NCBI GenBank assembly: GCA_964016885.1
Contig: OZ024746.1
Coordinates: forward strand, 25,668,001 to 25,732,000
Direction: 5' to 3'
DNA: 64,000 bases
DNA from: Eledone cirrhosa
Lineage: Eukaryota
The position numbers were made by a program, and so were the translations under genes. This document shows positions 53,003 to 64,000 of this stretch, piece by piece. Position 1 is the first letter of the stretch, and each line of letters opens with the position of its first letter. Under the pieces are notes generated by a model. It was not told the DNA's origin. It was given only the letters and a program-made list of their open reading frames with translations, and ran no database searches.

Positions 53003-54064
53003 AATTATTTATATAAAAGTGCAGCTTGACAGATCAATGGAATAATATTTCTTCGATATATAAACCACCTTAGCTCAGTAGAAAATCGGTTCCGACGCTA
53101 ACAAACGTTCTTTCTTGAATAAAACCATGTTGATTGTTATTAAGAGAATGTGCTTTCAAACTGTCACTAGCAAACGGAAAACATTGCGCAGAAGAGAAAT
53201 AGTTCCACCGAAATAACCTTAATCAATTAATCATAAAACAACGATATTATTTAAAATTATTAAAAATAAAAAGGCATATGTAAATTACTTTCAAATTACT
53301 GGATTTGATGTGTGAATAATAGTTTTATCAATAAAATGTGTGGATTATATTCAGTTAAGGAGTACGTGGCCTAATGCACGCCACCGAAGGAAGGTCAGTG
53401 TTTATGAAATGATTCGTCGCTTAAGTGGGAAAATGTCAAAGATTTCTCTTATGTCGTTTCTCATGATTGTGCAGAGGCATTCCGCTGGAATTAAGGATAT
53501 GTTTAAATCATCTCACATGTCATTGATGCGTGGAGGTATATTGAATTATAGGTAAAATCCTATAAGCTTTGTATATATTGAAGTGAAACTAAAATCGAAT
53601 GAAAATGATGGTCGTATCCCACGTGTGATAATGGAGCAAATATATATATATTATTTATTTACTTTATAAATGAGTTCTAAATTTGCATTCAACTACATAT
53701 TTTTCACTTTTTATTTTTTTATTTGCTTCTTTAATTACAATCATTTAATCAAAACATCCGGTACATCGGATCGGCTGAGTTTACTTTTACTCTAATATAG
53801 AAGGCTTATAGGATTTTGCTTAATTATATAAATGAACACTGTTGAAAATTATAAATTGTCCGTCTCTATGCTCAGGTTAAAGTTGTTATAAGAGTTGTAT
53901 GGAAACTGAAGATTTCTTTTTTAAAATTTACGAACTTTTCTGGACTTAGAAATAATTTGATGCTTGAACGAAATCGGGAAATAGTTGTGGAAATGAAACA
54001 TATCGTGGTTTCGTTGTTGACTAATTCAGCTTTTAACAATTAACCTATATTTGTTGTTATTTTT

Positions 54065-54277
54065 AGCAGAATCGTTAGAGCTGTCAGAGAAAATGCTTTG
54101 CAGTGTTTTGTTCCGGCTCTTTACGTTCTGAGTTCAAATCCCGCCAAAGTCAACTTTGCCTTTTATCCTTCCAGTGTTGATAAAATAAAGTACTAGTCAG
54201 GTACTGGAATCGATTTAATCGACTTTCCCTCCTCCCTCCCCAAATTTCTGATCCTATGCCCGAATCAGAAACTATTA
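54065..54277 (+). mobile_element. Abundant tRNA-type SINE (ctgagttcaaatcccgcc.aggtcaactttgcctttcatcc...gataaaataaagtaccag), representative copy
   Basis: More than 15 copies in the window, e.g. 140-255, 305-450, 2780-2880(-), 11920-12050(-), 16440-16650(-), 19220-19585(-), 35540-36125, 40010-40590(-), 47710-47800, 63070-63220; B-box-like GTTCAAATCC. Confidence 0.8.
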
Positions 54278-54647
54278 TCTAGCCCTAGGTCAACCTTGAT
54301 AAATAGCAACAGTGTCTAGCCTTGGCCATCCTGTCTCCCCACTCCCACTATGATCTATTTAAACATGGTTTCCCAGAGAAATGTTGAAAGTTTTCGAGTC
54401 CCGTAAACTCCTCACAAAATTCAAGTGAGGATCAGGCCTTAGATATTCATGTGACCTCCCCCACCTCCTTGATACTTGGTTGGGGTCCCTAGACCGATGT
54501 ACCAACTGACTCCCTCTTATAAGCCCTCAATCGAGGACTACATTATCTAATGTGCTTCTTTTCGTGACCACATCTAATTAAAACAATCGAGAATACCTGC
54601 GTGCATGCCCCCCATCCTGCACCACCAAACGTTCCCCTGTCCTCTCT

Positions 54648-54703
54648 AACTATAACACCCCCTAAACAGCCGATCGTATCGATGTTTAGGGGGTGTTATA
54701 GTT
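54648..54703. repeat. Perfect 21-bp-stem hairpin
   Basis: aactataacaccccctaaaca gccgatcgtatcga tgtttagggggtgttatagtt. Confidence 0.9.
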
Positions 54704-55308
54704 CACCACATCAACTCCATCCAACACATGTCAGTTACAATTGCTCGCAGCAACATGAAATGAAGTGTGGTGCTGAAGAACACAACACACCACCCACTCC
54801 AGCAATCATTGTACGTCCAACATTCTAACTACTAGGCCACAAGCCTTCACCCTTCACTCTGACTGAGCTGACCTATGATCAAAAGCATTCCAGCCATAAA
54901 CATCTCATTTTTAGCAATATTTATCCAGAATTAAATTACCCAATCTGCCACTCTTTCTTCAAGATAGTAGGGTGGCATTTGAGGAAAAGCTCCCAAGCCA
55001 TACTGTAAAGTCATTGTGTAGGAGTCACAATGAAAAGCACCTAGCACATACTGTAAATGTGGTTGGCGTTAGGAAGGGCATCCGGCCATAGAAACCAAGC
55101 CAGAAATAGTTCTGTATGAGCAAGGCAGTGTCACCTGATTTGACTTGCCTCAAACCGGATAACCTGTGTAACCGATGCTAGCATGGAAAGTAGACATTAA
55201 ACGATGATGATGACATATTTGGTGTAATATGTGTTAGTTAAACAACCAACCCTAGTGTATGTGGGATAGACCAGTCAATGAAATATACAAGTAAGTCTGC
55301 GTACTTTG

Positions 55309-55712
55309 GAGTATAATTATAATGAAGTATAAGTGAACAGGTTAGAATTTACTTCAAATATTCATTATACAATCGCTGTTATAAATTTTTCGGTGATAAC
55401 TGTTATGCAACAGTTATGACCTCATCAGACAACTGTTAGTTGAACAGTTACATGAACAAAAAATATAAATTGCTCATATCATATGTCACTGGTGCTTTGA
55501 GAAAGAAACACCAATAATCAGCCGTGACATATTAATGAATTGAAACAGCATGTAAGTTAGTTTTTCTCGTTTTTTCTGATCAACTAATAGATATCTGATG
55601 AGGTCATAACTGTTGCATAATGGTTATCATCAAAATCATCAAAATATGTATAATAGCAATTGTGTAACGAATAAATGAGGTAAATTCTAACTAGTTGACT
55701 TGTATTTCATTA
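55309..55712. repeat. Imperfect long inverted repeat with CTGATGA hammerhead cassettes in both arms
   Basis: tcatcag at 55422-55428 and CTGATGA at 55595-55601, each followed outward by GGTcATAACTGTT gcat AACAGTTATcACC-GAAA (decayed in the right arm); abuts (TA)n at 55712. Confidence 0.8.
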
Positions 55713-56069
55713 TATATATATATATATATGTGGAAGATGGACGTTAAACGATGATGATGATATATATATATATCATCATCATCATCATCGTTTAACATTT
55801 ATCTTCCATGCTAACATGGGTTAGACGGGAGTTCTCCGACTTGAAGCAAGATTGGTCGGGTGACCGTGTCTCGCTCGTATAGGACTATCTGGCAGGTTTT
55901 CTATGGCTGGATGCCCTTCCTAACACCAACCACATTTACAGTGGACTGGGAGCTTTTTACCGTGTTACCTACACGGCCAAATTACAGCGTGGACTGTGTG
56001 TTTTTTTTGTTGTGACACCTACACGATCTCATTAGTTTGGACTGGATGTTGTGGTACCAACATAACTTT

Positions 56070-57915
56070 ATCATCATCATCATTATTTTACGTTTGTTTT
56101 TCCCTGTTTGCAAGGGTGGGACGGGTCTTATTCAGCACAGCATCTCTCCACTCGTCACGGTCCTTCGTCATCTCCACCGTGAGCTTCAGTGATTTGAGGT
56201 CTGTTCTCACCACCTCCGCCCATGTTTTTTGTGGTCTATCTCTACCACGTCTTCCTTCAACTGGCATTTCCTGGCACTTCTTCACCCATCGGTCATCCTC
56301 CATGCGCATCACATGTCCATACCACCTCAGTCTCCTCTCTCACACATTACATTCTATCCCTCTCAGACACAGTTTCTCTCTCAACACATCCATGCTGGGT
56401 CGTTCACGCACATTGACATTGCACATCCAACGGAGTATGCTTGCTTCATTTCTCTCCAGCTGTCGCATATCCTCTGCAGTTGCTGCCCATGTCTCACTAC
56501 CATGCAGCATCACGCTCCTCACACAAGCATCATATAACCGGCCTTTCGTACGCAGGGAGAAACTCTTCTTCGTCAGCAGAGGAAGCAGCTCCCTAAACTT
56601 CTTCCAACCCGTCCTTATTCTAGATACTATGGCCTCGGAACACTCCCCTCCCATGCTAATCTGATCTCCTAGGTACCGGAAGCTGTCCACCACTTCTATA
56701 GCACCCGCCTGCATTTGAAAAATGTGTCTATCAATGCGACTTCTACTGTCTAATTTCCCTATACATTACTGCATACGTATTTCTCCCTACCTGTTAGTTT
56801 GCCTGCTATCCCACTACATCTCTTGTGTACCCAGGATCTGCATTGTATGCATTTTATAGAATTTATGCCAGTTCCTTTTCTGCATATCGAACATGGCCAT
56901 TTCCCTGACGGAATCAGAGTTTTGTCCTCTTTTCTACACATCAACACTTTTGTCTTAGCTAGGTTCACTCTCAGTCCTCTTGCTTCCAACTGCTGTTTCC
57001 AAAGCCAGAATTTATTCTCTAGCTCCTCTATTGATTCTGCTATAAGAACCAGATCGTCAGCATAGAGAAGTTCCTATGGACAGCCAGTCTTAAACTCCTC
57101 TGTTATGGCTTGGAGGACTATAATGAACAAGAGCGGGCTGAGGACCGAACCTTGATGTACTCCTACTTGTATCTGGAATTCCTCACTAAACTCCATTCCT
57201 ACCCTGACTTTACTGACAAAGTTTGCACTGTCCTCACAAGCCATTCCTCAACACCTAGTTTCCTTAGGGACCACCAGATGACAGATCAGGGTACCCTATC
57301 AAAGGCCTTCTCTAGGTCAACAAAGGCTAAGTATAGTGGCTTATTCTTCTCTAAGAACCTCTCTTGTAATTGTCTCACCAAGAAGAGGGCATCTGTTGTA
57401 CTTTTCCCAGGCACAAAACCAAACTGCATCTCATCTAGTTTGACCCTTTTTCTAATTAGTTGTGCTAATATCCTTTCTGCCACTTTCATAACCTGATCCA
57501 TCAGTTTTATACCCCTATAATTGCTCATCTCCAGAGCATCCCCTTTACCTTTGTAGCAATTTATGAGAATACTGCTGCACCAGTCTTAGGGTATGACACC
57601 ACCATATATAGCCTGATTGATGATGCGTGCAACCAGTTTAGTGCCTACATCCCCTGAAGCCTTCAGCATCTCAGCAACTATCCCCGGCGGTCCAGCAGCC
57701 TTACCATTTTTCATTTCCTTAATCGCCTCTTGGATCCTATATTCGTCAATCTCAATAGCTGGTCCCTCTGTCGGATCTACTGAGGGTAATTTCTCTCTCT
57801 CCCATTCGTTCTCCACATTCATCAGTCTCTCATAATGACATTTCCAGGCCTCCTTTTTCTGATCATTCGTGAGACTAAGTACACCGGTATCATTCCGGAC
57901 ACATTTATCTCCAAC
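56070..57915 (-). mobile_element. RTE-clade LINE, 5'-truncated, disrupted
   Basis: NYRGIKL, QFGFVPGKSTTDA, AFVDLEKAFDRVP, YADD-coding region, KWPCSICRKG...WVHKRCS, SFRYLGD, VMLHGSETW, GRRGRDRPQKTW; (ATG)n tail at 56070. Confidence 0.92.
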
Positions 57916-59020
57916 AACATGCTCATTTTACGTCCGCTTTTCCCTGCTTGCAAGGGAAGGACAGGAACTGATCTGGCTTGATTTCTACAGCTGGTTGCCT
58001 TTCCTAACACCAACCTCATTTACAGTGAGTGCTGGGTGCTTTTTTTCCATGGCGCCTACACGTCCACTTTGCAGTGGAATGATAGGGACCCAGTCCTATC
58101 ATCTCATTTCTACAGCTGAGTAAACTGGAGCAATGTGAAATAAAGTGTCTTGCTCAAGGAAACAACACATCACAGTACACTCTGTAAAGTGGTTGATATT
58201 AGGAATGACAGCTATCCGTAGAAACAATGGTCCAATTTAGACTTGGACCATGACAACCAGTCCAATCCATGCCAACATGTAAAAGTGATATAGAATGATG
58301 CTGATGCAGATAATGTGTGGTAGTTAGATAGAAATGTATCCAAGATCACCTACGTGACAGTATACATGTACTGTTAAAAGCAGGAAATCAATGTTTGTTT
58401 TTAATCTGTCATTGTGGACAATCAGAGATAAAGTATTCTGACCTCCGACTATTTTCACAACACACCTTTTCATTTTTGTAATACATTGAAATGTGGTGAC
58501 TCAATTTGGAAAGCACCATTTTATAATTTTTATATATCTATAACATTATTATCATCATCATCATTTTGTTTGCTCTATATGTCAGTATGGGTTTAGCAGT
58601 TTGTCGTAATGGACAGGTTAGAATGATCTAATCTTTCTCACATGTTCTATATATCATCATCATCATCATCATCATCATCGTTTAACGTCCATGTTCCACG
58701 CTTGCATGGGTTTGGACGGGAGTTTTCCCACTTGAGGCAAGAGTGGTTGTCTTGCTCGCATAGGACTGTCTGGCAGGTTTTCTACAGTTGGATGCCCTTC
58801 CTAACACCAACCACATTTACAGTGTGGGACTGTTATATATATATATATAACTTAAGGCATCTCTCTCTCTATATATATACAAATGGGAGTTCAGCATAAT
58901 CGAAGCTCTGGCTGCAGCTAAGCTAACGAATGCATATATATATATATAATATATATTAGAAAGTGAGGTTTTTTTTACAAAATGAAAAGTAACCGAGGTG
59001 TCCTACACAAGTGAAAATAC

Positions 59021-59302
59021 AAAGAAAAAAAGATGAAATCGAAAATGCAACTGGAGTCTTATTTTTTAAAATATATATATTTATTTGTTATTTTTACTGG
59101 TTTCGCAGTTCTTCTGCTTTTCAAAAGTAGAGTTGAGATGGAGGGTCTGTGGTTTTTCTCAGATGTGAGAAAAACCACAGACCCTCCATCTCAACTCTAC
59201 TTTTGAAAAGCAGAAGAACTGCGAAACCAGTAAAAAAAACAAATAAATATATATATTTTAAAAAATAAGACTCCAGTTGCATTTTCGATTTCATCTTTTT
59301 TT

Positions 59303-59306
<4 letters not shown>
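59021..59306. repeat. Near-perfect palindrome (141-bp arms, 4-nt loop) with a hammerhead-like cassette in each arm
   Basis: 59021-59161 is the reverse complement of 59166-59306 with one mismatch seen. The right arm reads TT-TTGAAAA-GCAG aagaa CTGC-GAAAC ca GT-A-AA...AATAAA and is followed by (TA)n. Confidence 0.9.
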
Positions 59307-59362
<56 letters not shown>

Positions 59363-59482
59363 CACACATATTGATCAGAGGTTGTAGAAAAATCACAGAG
59401 GCTGAGATGTTGATATTTAATATTTCATTTATTAATTATATACCTCATCATCATTTTAAGTCATCAGCTTTTGCATGTTTGC

Positions 59483-59551
<69 letters not shown>

Positions 59552-60365
59552 ATGCTAGCGTGGAAAATGGACGTTAAACAAAGATGATGATGATATATAT
59601 ATATATATATATATTTGTATTTATTTATTTAATCAATTTAAGTGTTTGTTTAAAGCTGTTAGGCCACAGCCGACTGAGAAAAAGTATAAAATACCCATTA
59701 TATATAAAAACAAAAACACGGGAGAGAGAGAAAGAAAGAGAGGCAAAAAAACAAAGAAGGAAATAGAGCGGAAAAAAAAAAGAAAGTTAAATGCTCAGTT
59801 AAATGATGAATCTTTTCATAGCCTCCATGAATTAGAATATGTTTATGACTGGTGTATTCTTGATAGTATATTGCAACTTCAACCTTGGTAGTTTTTTAAA
59901 GACCAGCTTCAAGATGTCTTCTCTCTCTCTCGCTCTATCTCTATCTCTCTCTCTCTCTCTGTCTCTCTCTCTCTCACACACTCTCTCCTTCTCAGACTGG
60001 TAGTTTATACTTTGGAACAAATAATGCCATAGAGTTTCTGGACAGTATCCACAAGAACATATAAATGTTGTGAGGAATCAAAGATGGCATATAGTAGAGA
60101 GGTTGCCTTTTACCCAACAGTAGAGAAGACTCTTCAGTCTTGTCAAGGACCTAACAACTTCTTTAGTTCTGCTACCTCAATAAAACACATCCAGTACATT
60201 CTGTAAAGTAGTAGGCGTTAGGAAGGGCATACAGCTGTAGAAACCATGCTAAAATGTGGAGTGTATGAGCAAGATATGTTTATCCAACTATGTCTTGTCT
60301 CAGATCATAATGTCCTGTCCAATCTGTGTCAGCATTGGAAATCAGCTTTAAAATGCTGCTGCTGA

Positions 60366-60392
<27 letters not shown>

Positions 60393-60397
<5 letters not shown>

Positions 60398-62773
60398 ATA
60401 CTTTGGGAGGGTCATGTTGCCAATAAGAAACACACGCACCAGTTGCTTTCACTTCAATTTAATTTATTAAATATTTATAAATTTACAAATTTATAAATTT
60501 CTGGTTGGTTGGTTGGTTCCACAACCAGATAGTTGTTTATATATATATAGTCATAGTTCTTTCGTCACACACTCTGTGACCTCTTCAGTGACTGGAGATT
60601 TCTTTCTTCGTTTCTGTGCCTTTCCTTTCTTCTATCCTACGCCATTTTGTTTGTGTGTGGGTTGCGTGCTCAGTTTGCGCATGCGCCACATCCGGGTGTC
60701 TGTGTGTGTTTGTGTTCATTTTTCTATTTTTCTATTTATATTTTTCTATTTGTTTGTTTATTTATTTATTTATTGTTGGTTGGTTGTTTGTTCTATGTGT
60801 GTGTGTGTTTTCATTTTGTGTGTGTTTTCAATTGTAAGTTGTTTGTTCTATGTGTGTGTGTGTTTTCATTTTGTCCCTAATTGTAAGTTGTGATGTTGCT
60901 GTTCCACTCATATTTTCTATTTAATTTTGGTTTTAATTCTTTTATGCTTACTGCCTCTGTAATTTGCCTAAACATTGCGTCTTTCTTGTGTGTGGATTCT
61001 ATTTTTATTTCTATGCTCTCTAATTTACCCCTGTGTTCTATCTTAGCATGTTGGTAGAGCACAGATGATTCTTTACTATCTTGGAGGTCTCGCCAGTGTT
61101 CATTTATTCGTTCCCCTATACTACGAGCTGTCTCACCTATGTACACTACATTTTTGTTTCTACATTGTCCTTCAGTACATCTTATGCTATATACTACATT
61201 TCTAGTTTTACAGTTAATATGGGGGCTTATTTTACAGGTTATACATTTTTTATCTATACATGAGGGTCTTTGGAACGGGTATGTCTTGCTAATAAGTGTT
61301 TTTACGGAGGTACCAGGTCTTTCTACTATCTTAATATTGAGATTATGTTTCTTTAGGGCCCTTCTAAATTTGTAGGCTAGTTCGCCTCTAGGGGTTGTAT
61401 TGATGAACATTACACTCTGGTATTTATTGCTATCATACCATGAGTTTATTCTATTGGCCTTGTTCTTAGTTCTTTCTATTCTATTCCAAAATTTGCTCCT
61501 ATACAAGGGGCAGGTCCCATTTATGTCATTATTTACCATTTTTTCCCATTTGGTTCTGGCTCCTTTATACACTCTGATTCTATCTCTCTGATTGTAGCCA
61601 GAGAACTGCATACGGTGGATGAAGTGTTGTATGTGTCTCTCTAGTTCTTCGGGGTTGCACATGCGGGACACGTTTCTCATCACCCGTACCAAATCCGCAA
61701 TCAGTATGTTGATTTTGGTATGGTCCGAAATGGCCGAGTTTCGGTGGATCAGATGTTTGGAAGTCATGGGTTTGGCATAATGGGAATGGAGGATTTGTTT
61801 TTGGTTGTTAATAGTATCTAACCAGAGCTCTGTGTCTAGTACAGGTAATCGATGGTTGGGGTGTCTACTTGGGTAGTCTATAGTAACTCTAATGCTCTGG
61901 TGGATGGAGTTTGCTATTTGCTGGATGCTTTCCATTGTGTTTTTCTCTAGTTCCTGACTGTTCTTTAGTGGGGGTGTCTTAACTACGATGTTTATATCAT
62001 CTACGTAGCGGGAGTACATTATCAGGGTTAAGCTGTCTTCTAATTGTTCATTAAGTTTTTGTTTAAGTCTACTGTCCCACCATACCATGAATAAGTTAGC
62101 TATGTCGCCTGCAATGCTAACACCAATGGCTGCTCCTTCCTCTTGGGCATATGTTTTACCATTAAATTTGAACATATGTTCCTTAAGGGTTAGTTTTATG
62201 CTGGCCCCATACCGCATGTGCAATCATTTTCTTCAGTTCATCGTGGTTTTCGGGTGTCCGTATGGCTCTGGTCCACCCGTTCCATCTATCTGTGTGGGTT
62301 TTCTTGGCCATTGAGGTAATGGTAGGTGGTCTGCCTCTTGCTGGTCTTGTAGGGCACAGGTTGCTAAGGTCATAAGTGTCTAGGTAACTATTACTATGGG
62401 TAAGCTTAAGTAGCAGTCCCAGCTCACTGGTATCAATCCCACGGAACTCAACCTTGCTCTCGCTGATCATTTCGACGCATTTCTCCACAGCAAAATCCAC
62501 GTCAATAGATGGATACAGGGACACAACATCCATACTGCCTATTATGCAGTTTGTTAGGTCCCCAGATCGGTTACCCGCGCCGATTCTGCTGAGGAGGTCC
62601 TCCGTGCTGTCACACACATCTGGGGACATCTCAATGATGGGGCGTATGATCAGGGAGAGGAAGTAGGACAGTCTGTAGTTACTAGCAATGTTAGCCCCAC
62701 AGACTGGCCGTGTTGGTGGTCCCGCGACAGGGTCCCAGCCCGTTTTATGGTCTTTACGAAGCCCATACAACAA
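60393..62773 (-). mobile_element. Penelope-like retroelement (RT + GIY-YIG endonuclease), 5'-truncated, one frameshift
   Basis: ORF 62773-62183 (YGLRKDHK, RPVC, SMDVVSLYPSI) and ORF 62223-60877 (QEEGAAIG, YSRYVDD, LPVLD, VVYSIRC...YIGETARSIGERINEH, RQITEA...PKLN). The 3' non-coding region contains a hammerhead and AATAAA. (TA)n lies on both flanks (60367-60392, 62787-62819). Confidence 0.93.
60549..60593 (-). ncRNA. Minimal type-I hammerhead ribozyme in the Penelope 3' region
   Basis: Minus strand reads AGTCA-CTGAAGA-G-GTCACA gagtg TGTGAC-GAA-AG aa CT-A-TGACT: 5-bp stem I, intact core, 6-bp stem II, minimal stem III, CUA cleavage triplet. Confidence 0.85.
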
Positions 62774-62786
62774 ATTCAGAAACGAA

Positions 62787-62833
<47 letters not shown>

Positions 62834-64000
62834 TTTATAATTATAAAACGTTTTGTCTGAAATTCACATACTAAAGTGGTCATGGTATTTTTTAAATGTT
62901 TGTTGCTATTAATAAATTTATAAAGTTCTATTGTTCATACCTGGTGGGATAATTCATTCCTCCCTGACTCACCTTTTCTTATTCTTTCTTAAAATAAAAT
63001 AAATCTAGAGTTTTAAAAATTATTAATTAAAAATTGTGCCATTGTATGTATTTATACATTTCACCAGGTGACGAATTGGCAGAGTCGTTAGAACGTCGGA
63101 TAGAATTCTTTTTTGGTATACTTTTCAGCTATGCTCTTTGAGTTCATATCCCATCAAGGTCAACTTTGCCTTTCATCCATTCAAGGTCAATAAAAAAAAA
63201 GTACCAGTCAAGTACTGGGATCGATTCTTCCTCTATATCTCTTTCACTCTTCTGTTCTCTCACTCTCTATCCTTCTCTGGAAGAAATCTGCTGCATTCAG
63301 GTGTGGAGAGGAGAATGGCTCTACCAGGTTTTAAAATGCCCTAGAAATACTGTATGTTAATACGGCGCCCCTACAACTCCCTCAGGAGTTACATGACCAT
63401 ACATACTTTTCACTGTTTTGATTCCAACCTGATCAAAACCAACTTTGGATCTATGAAACAAAATCACTCATTTTAAAGGGTTTCTATTTAAATTTAAATA
63501 TTCCAAAATAATTTTATTTAAGAACCATTTGCTAAATTCCTTACTATCTTAGTAAGGAAATGATTAATAATTATACTAAAATGCTCAAAATAATTATTCA
63601 TTAATTAATTAAGATAATGTATACCCCCCCCCCCCCACACACACACTGAAATTGCTGGCCTTGTGCCAAAATTTGAAATCATCATTAACTCTTTTGATAC
63701 CAACCTGCCCAAAACTTGTTCTTTAAAACAAAACCACCCATTTTAAAGGGTTTTTAGTTATATTAAAATCTAACATAATTTGTTACAAATACAGTCTTAA
63801 TAATGAGATAATCAATAATTGCAGTAAATCCCTCAAAATCTTTCAATAATTAATTCAAACATTAGGTTAATCAGTTAATTAATTTATCAATCAGTTGGTT
63901 AATCAATTAAATGGCAACATGACCTTCCTTCCTAAAATATAACAATATCTGTTTCAACACAAATACAAACATATTTCTTTGTTTTCTTTTCCTACCAGTA

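Noticed and set aside
60513-60893. Hydrophobic Cys/Val-rich plus-strand ORFs
   Set aside because: Antisense reading of the AC-rich Penelope 3' UTR.

Overview
AT-rich, repeat-dense eukaryotic genomic DNA. The SINE and microsatellite content resembles an octopod cephalopod, which is an inference. Two complete multi-exon genes were assembled by hand from GT-AG junctions, and they converge tail-to-tail. The first is a C11orf54/DUF1907 (PTD012) homologue on + (9 exons, 1605-15374, 310 aa). The second is an ERO1 endoplasmic-reticulum oxidoreductin on - (16 exons including a 15-nt microexon, 53002-19862, 471 aa). The rest is transposable-element sequence: a 5'-truncated CR1-type LINE with several recent 3'-tail copies, an RTE LINE and partner SINEs, a Penelope-like element (RT + GIY-YIG), mariner, hAT and piggyBac-type MITEs, and mini- and microsatellites. 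The most notable signal is a set of minimal hammerhead ribozyme (HHR) motifs. One intact motif lies downstream of the Penelope ORF. Others lie in ORF-less palindromic elements, mostly next to (TA)n, in which two back-to-back HHR cassettes read outward from the centre. One near-perfect 141-bp-arm palindrome carries a U3-A8 compensatory core variant.
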